Of a stretch of DNA of 64,000 nt, positions 20,301 to 29,084 are shown piece by piece. The DNA comes from Planctomycetota bacterium (GTDB lineage: Bacteria > Planctomycetota > B15-G4): NCBI GenBank assembly GCA_038212275.1, contig JBBQUR010000009.1, positions 1 through 64,000 on the forward strand, given 5' to 3'. The position numbers and the translations under genes are program-made. The notes under the pieces are model-generated. The model worked only from the letters and a program-made list of their open reading frames with translations. It ran no database searches and had not been told where the DNA came from. Each line of letters begins with the position of its first letter. The stretch's first letter is position 1.

Positions 20301-20933
20301 CGCCGGGTCCACATAGAGGAAGTCGTCGTCGATGGCGAGCCACATCGTGCTCTCCGGCACGCCGGCCATCTCGAAGCGGCCGTCGGCGCCGACGACGGTG
20401 GCCGTGCTCTTCTCGGGGTTCATGATCATGCGCGGCGCGCGTGCCTTTGCGGCGAGGGCGGCGCCTTCGGCCGAACCGGGCGGTGCCACGTCCGGCGGCC
20501 CGGGGAGGGAAGGCATGTCGAATGGGTCGGGATCGCGGTCTTCACTGATCGTCTGGCGAAGCGACTTCAGCTTCGGATCCGGCTGGCGGCGCTGGGCGTG
20601 CAGCGCCAGCCCATCGGGAAGCCTGCTGCCATCCGCCATGCGCACCGTGCCGTGCAGGATGCGGGTCGCTTCCGTCGGCGAGTCATCAGCCGGAACCTGG
20701 GCAGTGAGTGGCGCGTGAGCGCCGGCGGGCGTCAGCTCCGCAGCGGAGCGCGGGGACTCCGCGCCCGGACCCGAGGGGCCCGAGGCCTGCCCGGAAACGG
20801 CCGCTGAGGCGTGCAGGACCTCGGCGGCGTCGTGCTCCCCGTGGCCGCCCGCGAGAAAGAAGGCGGTCACCGCGAGGCCCGCAGCAACCACCAGCAAACC
20901 CGACAGCACCAGAACGACTCGCGACCTGTTCAT
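17364..20933 (-). CDS. Large membrane-anchored protein with multiple carboxypeptidase-regulatory-like domains
   Basis: True start ATG 20933 (MNRSRVVLVLSGLLVVAAGLAVTAFFL, TM anchor); many G-x-V-x-D-x-x-G-x-P-V-x-G-A-x-V...T-D-x-x-G-x-F repeats. Confidence 0.85.
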   Translation of the reverse strand: MNRSRVVLVLSGLLVVAAGLAVTAFFLAGGHGEHDAAEVLHASAAVSGQASGPSGPGAESPRSAAELTPAGAHAPLTAQVPADDSPTEATRILHGTVRMADGSRLPDGLALHAQRRQPDPKLKSLRQTISEDRDPDPFDMPSLPGPPDVAPPGSAEGAALAAKARAPRMIMNPEKSTATVVGADGRFEMAGVPESTMWLAIDDDFLYVDPAVAVRSGQDSVELLLVRGASLSGRITDADGAGVARAELKLGTTFDPFSVFDSSARMLGMEAEADAEGRYLVRRIPVGLKLQVGASIDSGNRQPAHADLTPLHAGEQRVLDLTLAEGNVITGVVKQAGAAPLARAKVHLARLDVNVMNMANAAMMSALGRDDTRTDADGRFRFEAIPDGTWEVVLGDDDWRIARSEQLELKGGMAVADIVLLADPGLEVAGRIEDEAGQPVAGATVYASRPTSFTDTSAAMDGRYRDSVNTDTDGAFRIGGLEEGKLVLRARASGFSAIKQDATAGDLHVLMTLSPLTTVSGIVVSLVDGEPVSDFRVSLLPAGGLFDLANMEKMQERMGSMKSARVFRGREDGTFTLEDVEPGDYDLTVSSAGFGTTLHGGLEVGAAGTRGLVVMLPPEATLSGSVVSARDGHPVEGASVSTAKRGMLSALTENLVGTGPESTTDKAGHFELGGLSGNAAVNLTVRHDSFRELAVPELVLVPGESRDLGALALSAGSAVHGRVLDATGRPVPDVVVMASSTSGASIKRSASDSEGLYRVEGLAPGAYTVMRMDFTMSVGKGNPADMMKDMVFRTVTLVDNEDKELDLAPKGTEGTRLTGRVAASDGPVNGAMLSLIPEQGGMTSMQFSGCDKDGRYEIAGIAPGRYVLQVSVVDTSNAASTGQATSPVSEQLTIGGLAEQVHDVALPGGELHGTVESAVDGSFVPGVRVVLSRTDADRPTFGLAQATNGRVGESYTDASGAFRFRFLPGGTYTLVVGGQNMIGMGARGWAQTLVEGQTVNSSGPGFGIRVKVRPAGSIEGTVRSTSGVPLADVGVWVADANGAWQSTLSEVASDAGGAYAIGSLQGGSWTLAFRDGTHALKLVPGLLVREGAVTRQDVRLEPGISLQLATGSHPAGSLQVTLVGPDGPVPTGLVAMSDVMSMSDIGSALNLGTFAPGSYHLTVISAGETLLSTTVTLAGSKPQVVALDS

Positions 20934-21011
20934 GTGTTGCCCCGTACACTCCACGAAAGCCGGAAGCTCCGATGGCTCCCGACACGCCTTGCTGCCCAGG
21001 CCGCACCCGGA

Positions 21012-23855
21012 ATGATGACCACCCGCAAGCTGCTGCTCCTCTTCATTCCGGTTGCGGTCCTGCTGATGGTCGCACTGCTCTGGCAGGACCCGGATGTCGA
21101 TTCCGTGGCCGGCGTCGAGCCCCTGCGCCCGATCGCCGACTCGGCGCGCGACGTCACGCTGCCCGCGCTGCCCGATGTGACGGCCGGGCGGAACCCCGAC
21201 GCCATCGAGCCGCTGCCTGCGCACGACGGTCACGTGCCCGGCGCGGACCTCGGGACGGACGCCAGCGCCGCGGCGCGCTCGCTCGGCCACCTGACCGGCC
21301 GGCTCGTGGACAGCGCCGGCAAACCCGTGCCGGGCGAGCCGGTGCTGATCATGCTGGAGCGCGACCCGTGGACGCCCCGGCCCGGCCGGCCCGGCGACAA
21401 CGAGCGCCCGCGCCAGCTCCTGGCCTCCACGCAGTCCGATGCCGAGGGAGGCTTCGCGCTTGCGGCCCGGGCCGGCGTGCGCCTCACGCTGCTCGCCGGC
21501 GGCGCCCGGTGGGCGCGGTCCAGCCTGAGCCCCGTGCATGCGGGCGAGGACCTGACCGTCGAGTTGAGCGAAGGGCTGCAGCTCGAAGGCACGGTGCTGG
21601 ACGAGGCCTACGGCGCACCGGTGGCCGGCGCGTGGGTGCTGACGCTGGTCACCGAAGACGCGCTCATGGCGCGCACCGACGAGACGGGCCACTTCACGCT
21701 GGGCCCGCTGCCCGACGTGAACGTCCTGCTGGGTGCGTGGGCGCCGGGCTTCGAGGTGAAGCTTCAGTCCGACGTCACGCCGACGATGGGGCCGATCACG
21801 CTGGAACTCGCCGCGGGGCGCGAGGTCAAGGGGCGCGTCGTCGACCGCAGCACGCAGCAGCCGGTGACAACGGGCGGCACGCTCACGATGACCGTGGACG
21901 TGATGGCGCGCCTGGCGGGCAGCGAACTCGTCGCCACGCAGCCCGCCGTGGTGCAGACACTCACCGCGACGCTCGACGAGCTGGGGAGCTTCGCCTTCCC
22001 GCCCGGGCCGTCCATGGGTTTCGACATCCGGACCCAGGCCGAGGGCTACGTGCCCGACGCCTGGGATCGCGCGGAGACGCGACCGCTCGGGCAGGGCGAC
22101 GACGTGACCATCGCGCTGTGGCCACTGGGCACCGTGGCGGGGCGCGTGTTGCGCGACGGCAGTCCGGCCGAGGGCGCCGTGGTCAGCGCGGTCGGGACGA
22201 GCGGCCCCTTCTTCGAGACGACGACCGGCCTCGATGGCCGCTTCTCGATCCCGCTCGACGGCTGGGATGGCGATCGCTTCGTCACGCTGCAGGCGAGCGA
22301 CGCGACGGGAACGCTCGCGGCGCGCGTGCGCGTCGGCGGCATCGATGAGGAACTGGTGCTCGAACTCGTGCCGGCGATCACGCTTCCCGTGCAGGTCGTG
22401 CGCTCGGGAGTGCCCGTGGTCGGCGCCGAGGTCGCTGCGCTTTCCAAGCGCTCCGAGTCGACGCTCGCGCGCAGCGGCGCGGAGGGGCTCGTCACGCTGG
22501 TCCACATGCTCGCCGGGCCCGATGTCGAGACGATGCGTCTGCAGGCCCGCTACGGCGACCGCGAGAGCCTGCCGCTCGAGCTCGATCTCACGGCGCCGCT
22601 CGCGCAACCTCCGTACGTGCTCGATCTCGACGGCGGTGCCTTCATCGAGGGCGTCGTGAGCGATGCCTACGGCACGCCGATCGCCTCGGCCGGGCTCAGC
22701 TTCCGCCCCGCTGCGGAAGACGACGCGCAGCAGGGGCGCGGCCCGGGCGGCAACCGCGACGACAGCAATCGCGATCGCAACAACCGCGGCCCTCGTGGCC
22801 CCGGCGCCGGCGGCGAGGACGACGACGGCGGCCCGTCCGCGCGCTGGAGCACAGCGCACAGCGACGCATCGGGCCATTTCCGCATCGGGCCGCTGGCCGC
22901 CAACGCGACGGGTTCACTCGTCGTGCGGGCGCGCGACTTCCACGATCACACCGAGTCCGACGTGGCCGCCGGCAGCATGGGCCTCAAGCTCTTCCTCGAC
23001 CGCATCGTGCGCTTGGAGGGCCGCGTCGTGGACGTGAGCACGGGCCTGCCGCAGCAGGAGTGGTACGCACTGCTGCAGCGCGAGGAGCTGAACGACGGCA
23101 AGGCTGTGTTCCGCAACACGCGCGAAAGCGTCGAGCGCAAGCCGGGCGTGCCGGGCGAGTTCAGCGTCGCGCTGCCGGAGGCGGGGCGCTACCAGCTCCG
23201 CATCTCCTCGGCGAACTCCATCCCCGCGACGTCGCTGCCAGTGGATTTCAACGGCACGGATGCGCCGCCCTTCGTGGTGGTGGCGCTCTCGCCCGCGGCG
23301 GTGCTCGAGCTCACGCTGCTCGATGCGCGCGGCCGTCCGGTGGGCGGCTTCGGCGTCGCGGCCGTCGTCTGGGACAAGGCCTCCGAAGCGGCGACGCCCG
23401 GCGGCGTGCTCAAGGGAGCGAAGCAGGAGCGCACCGACAGCGCCGGCCACGCGCGCTTCATGCTCGGCGAGGGCGGCAGTTACCGGCTCGCGGGCGGCCC
23501 CGGCCAGTGGCTGAGCGGCAAGCGCGTGGACGTCCGGCCCGGCCCTGCCGAGCAGCTCACGCTCACGCTGCCGCCGACCGGAGATCTGGAGGTCACGGTC
23601 ACCGACGAGGCGGGCCGGCCGCTGGCCGGCGTGCGCGTGGATCTGCGCTCGTCGAAGTCCGAGAAGGTGCACTCCGTCTCGCGGCAGACGAGCGCGCGCA
23701 CGCCCGACGGCAAGGTGCTCATCGAGGTCATCCCGCCCGGCGACTACGACGTGACCTGCCGCCGCCGCGGCTACGAGACGCTGAAGCAGAGCGTGCTCAT
23801 CAAGGGCAACGTCCTGGAGCGGATGGCGATCTCGCTCAAGCCGAAGCAGCCCTAG
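21012..23855 (+). CDS. Membrane-anchored carboxypeptidase-regulatory-like repeat protein
   Basis: MMTTRKLLLLFIPVAVLLMVALLW TM anchor; repeated GRLVDSAGKPVPG / TDETGHFTL modules; divergent from the previous gene across a 78-bp gap. Confidence 0.85.
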   Translation: MMTTRKLLLLFIPVAVLLMVALLWQDPDVDSVAGVEPLRPIADSARDVTLPALPDVTAGRNPDAIEPLPAHDGHVPGADLGTDASAAARSLGHLTGRLVDSAGKPVPGEPVLIMLERDPWTPRPGRPGDNERPRQLLASTQSDAEGGFALAARAGVRLTLLAGGARWARSSLSPVHAGEDLTVELSEGLQLEGTVLDEAYGAPVAGAWVLTLVTEDALMARTDETGHFTLGPLPDVNVLLGAWAPGFEVKLQSDVTPTMGPITLELAAGREVKGRVVDRSTQQPVTTGGTLTMTVDVMARLAGSELVATQPAVVQTLTATLDELGSFAFPPGPSMGFDIRTQAEGYVPDAWDRAETRPLGQGDDVTIALWPLGTVAGRVLRDGSPAEGAVVSAVGTSGPFFETTTGLDGRFSIPLDGWDGDRFVTLQASDATGTLAARVRVGGIDEELVLELVPAITLPVQVVRSGVPVVGAEVAALSKRSESTLARSGAEGLVTLVHMLAGPDVETMRLQARYGDRESLPLELDLTAPLAQPPYVLDLDGGAFIEGVVSDAYGTPIASAGLSFRPAAEDDAQQGRGPGGNRDDSNRDRNNRGPRGPGAGGEDDDGGPSARWSTAHSDASGHFRIGPLAANATGSLVVRARDFHDHTESDVAAGSMGLKLFLDRIVRLEGRVVDVSTGLPQQEWYALLQREELNDGKAVFRNTRESVERKPGVPGEFSVALPEAGRYQLRISSANSIPATSLPVDFNGTDAPPFVVVALSPAAVLELTLLDARGRPVGGFGVAAVVWDKASEAATPGGVLKGAKQERTDSAGHARFMLGEGGSYRLAGGPGQWLSGKRVDVRPGPAEQLTLTLPPTGDLEVTVTDEAGRPLAGVRVDLRSSKSEKVHSVSRQTSARTPDGKVLIEVIPPGDYDVTCRRRGYETLKQSVLIKGNVLERMAISLKPKQP

Positions 23856-24019
23856 CAGCCCGTGGCGAAAGTCATCTGCGCCGGAGAGCAGGTCTTTCGC
23901 GCCGGCTCTGCGTTGCCTCCCCTGCAGCGAATCTCCTGATTCGCCTTCGGGTCGGCGCCTTGATCCGACGCGAAATCCCTCGCTCCCGGCATCAGAGCAC
24001 ATTCGCCACGGGCTGCTAG
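23852..24019. mobile_element. MITE-like element (168 bp) with perfect 18-bp terminal inverted repeats
   Basis: CTAGCAGCCCGTGGCGAA (23852-23869) and TTCGCCACGGGCTGCTAG (24002-24019); CTAG at both ends; internal hairpin GCGAATC-TCCT-GATTCGC; no transposase. Confidence 0.8.
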
Positions 24020-24031
24020 CGCGCCGGGCGA

Positions 24032-26671
24032 TCAGCGTGCCGCGCGCGCGACGTGCAGTCCGCCGCGCTGCGTGAGCGCCTCCGCAGGCACGGCGTGCAT
24101 GGAGTCCGCGCCATCGGGCCAGCGCACCGCGAGCGACACCGGCGTGCGTGTGCCGAGCCCGAAGCGCACGCCGCGTTCGCTGCCCGAAAGATAGCTGCCA
24201 CCCGCGTGCACCGTGGCGATGGCCGAGCTGCCGTCGTCGAACACGAGCGTCACGCGCGTGCCGGGCGCGTCGCGGCTCACCGTTGTGCCGTCGCCGTCGG
24301 GCACCACGCGCAGCGAGCGACCGCCGCGCTCGTTGCGCAGCAGCGCGAGCGGGCCGTTGTTGCTGGTGACCGCGAGGTCGAGATCGCCGTCGCCGTCGAT
24401 GTCCGCCGCGGCGACGCCGCGCCCGGCCCAGGCGCGTGCGAAGTGCGCGCCGGCCCGTTCGGGCGGCACGAGCGTCCAGTGCGGCACGTCGCGCTGCGTC
24501 TGCAGCGCAGCCGGGGCCGTCACGTTCTCGAAGAGGTGGTCGGGCTGGCCGAGGCACTGCATCGTGGTTTCGTAGTCGGGGCTGGTGTAGCCGTTGGCGA
24601 CCATGAGGTCGGCGTCGCCGTCGTTGTCGAGATCCGCGAGAGCGCAGCCCCAGCCCACGAGGCCGACGGACGGCTGCCCGAGGCCCGAGGCGATGGCGAT
24701 GTCCTCGAAGCGCGGCATGAACTTGCGCGTGGTCGGCTTGTGCACCGTGTTGTTGCGATACAGCGCGTTGGGCTCGGTCTGCCAGTAGCTGGTGAAGAGA
24801 TCCTCGTCGCCGTCGCCATCCACGTCGGCCAGCGCGACGCCCATCCCGCCGCGCGGATCGTCGAGGCCGACGAACAACGCGACCTCCTCGAAGCTGCCGC
24901 CTGCTCGTGCCTCGGCGCCGCTGCGGGCCGCGAGCCAGCCGCCCTTGTTGCGCCAGAGGAAGTTGGGCGTGGTGTCGTTGGCGACGTAGAGGTCCGGCAG
25001 GCCGTCGTCGTCCTCATCGAGGAACACGACGCCGAGTCCCTTGCCCTGCACGGCCGAGATGCCTGCCGAAGCGCTGATGTCGGTGAAGTGCCCGTCGCCG
25101 TCGTTCAGATACAGGACATCGGCCTGCGCAGGGAACACGTAGGGCAGCATCGCGATCGGGTCCTCGCGCCGCGAGGTCGGCCGCTCCGACTCGGGCGGAA
25201 TGAGCGCCGTGTCGAACTGCAGGTAGTTGGTGACGTAGAGGTCGAGGTCGCCGTCGCGGTCGATGTCGGCCCACGCGGCGCCGGCGCCCCAGCGCGCGTC
25301 GCCGGTGCCCGACGCGGCGCTGATGTCGGTGAAGTGTCCCGCGTCGTTGCGCCACAGGACGTTGGGGCCGTCGCGCGTGACGTAGAGGTCGGGGTCGCCG
25401 TCGTTGTCGAAGTCGGCGAACGACGCGCCCATGCCGGCGCCCTGCGCGTGGTCGCCCTGGTCGAGGCCCCAGGCGACGGTGACGTCGGTGAAGTGCCCGG
25501 TGCCCTCGTTGAGAAAGAGCCGGCCGAGTTGTCCCGAGCCGCCGACGACGTAGAGGTCTTCGTCCCCGTCGAGGTCCACGTCCGCGAAGGCGACGCCGGG
25601 GCCCATGGTGGGGCGGATGTCCCACTGCTCGCCGCCCTCGGTGTGCGTGAAGGACACGCCAGAGTCCGCGGTGATGTCGGTGAACCACGCACCGGCATTC
25701 GCCGCGACGGCTTGCGGTGCGGTGCCGCCGCCCGAGTGGCTGATGGCCGATGCAGGCGCCCACGCCGACTCAGCCAGCGACGCAGGCGCGGGCGGTGACG
25801 CAGGCGCAGGCGGTGACGCGGGCGCGGGCGGCAACGCAGGCGCGGGCGGCGACGCGGGCGCGGACAGTGACGCAGGCGCAGGCGCAGGCGGTGACGCGGG
25901 CGACGCGGTGAAGCCGAAGTCAAGACCGGCCTTTTTTGGGCCGCTCAGTTCCAGCTTGCCGCCGTTGTTGAGCCACGCGAGCAGCCGACCGCCCACGGCC
26001 AGCAGGTCGAGGTCGCCGTCGCCATCGAGGTCCACGACGAACAGCGCGGTGCCCGTGTCGCGCAGCGAGAGGCCGTCGGCTGCGACGGCCGAGGTCACGT
26101 CGTGCAGGGCGCCCGCGGCGTCGCGCAGCTCGACGCGCACCAGCCTCCCCGACAGCGAGACGCGGTCCGCCGTGCCGTCGCCGTTGACGTCCGCGTCGAC
26201 CTGCAGCGCGCGAGCCGGCAGCTCGCGCGGCTCCGCGTCGCCCTCCTCGTGCCAGCTGCCGATGCCGCTGTATTTGAGCCGCACGACCTGCGTGCCGCGC
26301 TGGGCCAGCAGGTCGTCGCCGTCGGGCACCAGCCGCGTCACGGGCGCGATGCTCTCGAGCGCGGTGCCGAGCGTCTCGTCGCTCCAGCGGCCGCCGTCGC
26401 AGCGCAGATATCGAAGGCCCTGTTCCGTGGCGACAATCAGGTCGTGATCTCCGTCATGGTCCACGTCCATCAGCGCGACGTCGTGGACGCGGAAGCCGTC
26501 GTTCCCGACCGGCACGGGAGTCGGCATGAGCGCGAGCGGCGGCGTGCCGCCGCAGCCTGGCAGCGCGAGCGCGAGCGCGAGCCCGATGGAGAGCCCGAGG
26601 GCACGCGTCAGGGCCGCCGAAGCGGCGCGCGCGTCGTCTTGTCGATCGACAGGGATGCACATGCCGGCCAT
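24032..26671 (-). CDS. FG-GAP repeat / CRTAC1 (ASPIC-UnbV) family protein, putative lipoprotein
   Basis: Many D-x-D-x-D-G-D-x-D-L Ca-binding motifs; C-terminal GGSYLS...VRFGLG...VRWPDG (ASPIC/UnbV); LALALPGC lipobox; start uncertain. Confidence 0.85.
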   Translation of the reverse strand: MAGMCIPVDRQDDARAASAALTRALGLSIGLALALALPGCGGTPPLALMPTPVPVGNDGFRVHDVALMDVDHDGDHDLIVATEQGLRYLRCDGGRWSDETLGTALESIAPVTRLVPDGDDLLAQRGTQVVRLKYSGIGSWHEEGDAEPRELPARALQVDADVNGDGTADRVSLSGRLVRVELRDAAGALHDVTSAVAADGLSLRDTGTALFVVDLDGDGDLDLLAVGGRLLAWLNNGGKLELSGPKKAGLDFGFTASPASPPAPAPASLSAPASPPAPALPPAPASPPAPASPPAPASLAESAWAPASAISHSGGGTAPQAVAANAGAWFTDITADSGVSFTHTEGGEQWDIRPTMGPGVAFADVDLDGDEDLYVVGGSGQLGRLFLNEGTGHFTDVTVAWGLDQGDHAQGAGMGASFADFDNDGDPDLYVTRDGPNVLWRNDAGHFTDISAASGTGDARWGAGAAWADIDRDGDLDLYVTNYLQFDTALIPPESERPTSRREDPIAMLPYVFPAQADVLYLNDGDGHFTDISASAGISAVQGKGLGVVFLDEDDDGLPDLYVANDTTPNFLWRNKGGWLAARSGAEARAGGSFEEVALFVGLDDPRGGMGVALADVDGDGDEDLFTSYWQTEPNALYRNNTVHKPTTRKFMPRFEDIAIASGLGQPSVGLVGWGCALADLDNDGDADLMVANGYTSPDYETTMQCLGQPDHLFENVTAPAALQTQRDVPHWTLVPPERAGAHFARAWAGRGVAAADIDGDGDLDLAVTSNNGPLALLRNERGGRSLRVVPDGDGTTVSRDAPGTRVTLVFDDGSSAIATVHAGGSYLSGSERGVRFGLGTRTPVSLAVRWPDGADSMHAVPAEALTQRGGLHVARAAR
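25779..25908. repeat. In-frame 18-bp tandem repeat encoding a Pro/Ala linker (PPAPAS)n
   Basis: About 6-7 degenerate copies of gacgcaggcgcgggcggt. Confidence 0.85.
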
Positions 26672-26900
26672 CAAAGGGCCGAAGGGCGTCGCGCGCAAGC
26701 GTGCACGAGCTTCGGCCCGTGGCGTGTGAGCGGTGGCACCCCATGCAGGCCCGGCGATGTCGTGCAAGTCGGAGAGTCCATCGTGCCGAACAGGCTCTCA
26801 TCGGTCCGGCGGCTATAGGGGGCGACGCGTCAGCTAGACTGGCGGGCCCCGCGAGCGGGATCGAACGTCACGGCCGGCCCTCGCGGCGGCCTCGGCATCC

Positions 26901-26939
26901 GACCCTCGTGCCTGACCCTCGTGCCTGACCATCGCGCCT
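26901..26939. repeat. Three 13-bp direct repeats upstream of the radical SAM gene
   Basis: gaccctcgtgcct, gaccctcgtgcct, gaccatcgcgcct. Confidence 0.8.
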
Positions 26940-26976
26940 GCCGGGCAACCAAGCCCGACAGACCGGAGCCCATGAG

Positions 26977-29073
26977 ATGCGCATCAGCCTGATCTACCCG
27001 CCCGACTGCATGCTGCCGACGGTCCCGATGGCATGCCTCGGGGCGGTCACGGCCTGCCTTCGCGAGCACGGGCACGAGGTCACGGTGCGGGACCTCAACC
27101 TGGAGCTCGTTCCGGAGCTGCTGCGCCGCGACCGGCTCGAGGCCTGGTACGCAGAAACGCACGAGCACGCCCTGCGCCTCGGGGCCAGGCCCGTGCTGAG
27201 CGAGGCCGAGCGGGCCGAGCTGTGGCGCCTGCAGCGGCTGCTGGCCGTGCCGCGCGCGATCTTCGCGGACGTCGAGGACTCGCTCCTCGTGATGAAGGAC
27301 CGCGACCGCTTCCTGGATCCGGACTCCTACAACCGGGCCTTCGACACGTTGCGCGCCTCGCAGCGATTCGCGATGAACATCAGCCCGCGCTGCTTCACCG
27401 AGTCGCGCGGCGTGCCGTCGGAAGTGCTGGCGATCCACGACGCGGCGCCGCTGCCCGACCCGCCCGTGGAATTCCTGGTGCGCATCGTGGACAGCCTGCT
27501 GGCGGACCGGCCCGACGTGATCGCGGCGTCGCTGCCGTGGACGCCGTCGCTCTTCTACGGCATGAAGCTGCTGCGGCTGATCAAGCAGCGCGCGCCGCAC
27601 ATCCCCGTGGTGATCGGCGGTTCGGGCCTCGACAGCTTCAACTTCTGCGTGCTGTCGGACGCGGCCTGGTTCTCGGCCTACGACTTCGCCATCAAGGGGC
27701 GCGCCGAGGAGCAGCTGCCGGTGCTCATCGATGCGCTGGCCCACAAGACCGATCCGACCGTCACCAGGAACCTCTACTACCTGCAGCCCGACGGGAGCAT
27801 CGGCCAGACGCCGGAGGTGCTCGTCGAGGACCTCAACCTGGTGCCCGCTCCCGACTTCAGCGCGCTGCAGCTGCACCGGTATCTGCTGCCCGATCCGGTG
27901 GCCACATTCCAGACCTCGCTGGGCTGCTACTACGGCAAGTGCACCTTCTGCTCGGACATCTTCCGCAAGAACTTCCGCATGCGCCGGCCCGACCTCGTCG
28001 TGGAGGACATGATCCGCATCCACGAGACCACGGGCATCACGCGCTTCCAGATCTGGGATTCACTGGCGCCGCCCAAGATGCTGCGCCACGTGGCCGAGCA
28101 GATTCACAAGCGCGGCCTGCCCTTCCAGTGGATGGCCGAGACCAAGTTCGAGAAGCCCTACCTGGACGAGAAGATGGTGGAGACGCTGGCCAAGGGCGGC
28201 TGCGTGATGCTTTTCTTCGGCTTCGAGTCCGGCTCCGCGCGCATGCTCGACCTCATCGACAAGGGCAACGACCTCGTCACCGTGGACCGCATCCTGGACA
28301 ACCTGCGGCGGCACGGCATCCGCGCCACCGTCTCGTGGTTCATCGGCTTCCCGGGCGAGACCGAGGCCGAGGCCGACCTCACCTACGACTTCGTGGCGGC
28401 GCGCCGCGACCGCATCCTCTTCTCCAACTACACGCGCACCTTCGGCATGGGCACCGACACCATCGTCTACGAGGATCCGAAGCGCTTCGGCATCGAGATC
28501 ACCAGGGACGAGAAGGGCGAGCTCGACTACCGCTATCTCGACGGCACGCCGCACTGGGACCAGCACGAACGCGACGAGTCCTTCCGCGCGCGCGGCGACT
28601 TCCACCTGATCAACAACCACGTCGAGGTGCACTACTCGGGCATCGACATGGACGTGGCGATGAAGATCACCGGCCACGGACGGATGGGTGCGCTGCTGCG
28701 CCACGTGCGGCCCGAGGAACTCGAGAACGTGATCTTCCGCACGACGGCCGAGTGCACCGTCACGGAGTTCGCGCGGCATCCGCAGCGCTCGGCCGCGGAT
28801 TCGTCGGGGCATGCCGTCGGATACAACATCGTCACCGGGCATGCCTTCGAGGTGCCGCCCGAAGGCCAGGTGCTGCTGCGCGAGCTGCGCCGTCCCGCCA
28901 CGCTGAGCCAGCTGGGCCAGCGACTGCACAAGCCGCGCGAGGATCTGCTCGTGTGGCTGGACCTGGCGATCAATCGCGGCATGGTGCGCATCGACTGCGA
29001 GGACAGCCAGCTGGCGTACATGCCTGAAGCCCGGCTGAAGAGCGCGCTCGCGGGCGCCTCGTCCGTTCGCTAG
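26977..29073 (+). CDS. Cobalamin-binding radical SAM protein (class B methyltransferase-like) with C-terminal RRE/PqqD-like extension
   Basis: N-terminal B12-binding-like region (LIYPP...GHEVTVRDLN...PVVIGGS); SLGCYYGKCTFC; GFESGS; WFIGFPGET; C-terminal beta-strands followed by a three-helix pattern. Confidence 0.88.
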   Translation: MRISLIYPPDCMLPTVPMACLGAVTACLREHGHEVTVRDLNLELVPELLRRDRLEAWYAETHEHALRLGARPVLSEAERAELWRLQRLLAVPRAIFADVEDSLLVMKDRDRFLDPDSYNRAFDTLRASQRFAMNISPRCFTESRGVPSEVLAIHDAAPLPDPPVEFLVRIVDSLLADRPDVIAASLPWTPSLFYGMKLLRLIKQRAPHIPVVIGGSGLDSFNFCVLSDAAWFSAYDFAIKGRAEEQLPVLIDALAHKTDPTVTRNLYYLQPDGSIGQTPEVLVEDLNLVPAPDFSALQLHRYLLPDPVATFQTSLGCYYGKCTFCSDIFRKNFRMRRPDLVVEDMIRIHETTGITRFQIWDSLAPPKMLRHVAEQIHKRGLPFQWMAETKFEKPYLDEKMVETLAKGGCVMLFFGFESGSARMLDLIDKGNDLVTVDRILDNLRRHGIRATVSWFIGFPGETEAEADLTYDFVAARRDRILFSNYTRTFGMGTDTIVYEDPKRFGIEITRDEKGELDYRYLDGTPHWDQHERDESFRARGDFHLINNHVEVHYSGIDMDVAMKITGHGRMGALLRHVRPEELENVIFRTTAECTVTEFARHPQRSAADSSGHAVGYNIVTGHAFEVPPEGQVLLRELRRPATLSQLGQRLHKPREDLLVWLDLAINRGMVRIDCEDSQLAYMPEARLKSALAGASSVR

Positions 29074-29084
29074 CTTCGTCCGCC

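Noticed and set aside
26680..26976. Cobalamin riboswitch or RiPP precursor ORF upstream of the radical SAM gene (riboswitch also sought at 52419-52645)
   Set aside because: No B12-box or GGGAA..CGGTG..AATCCG pattern, and no small ORF with an RBS and precursor-like composition was found by eye; an Infernal scan would be decisive
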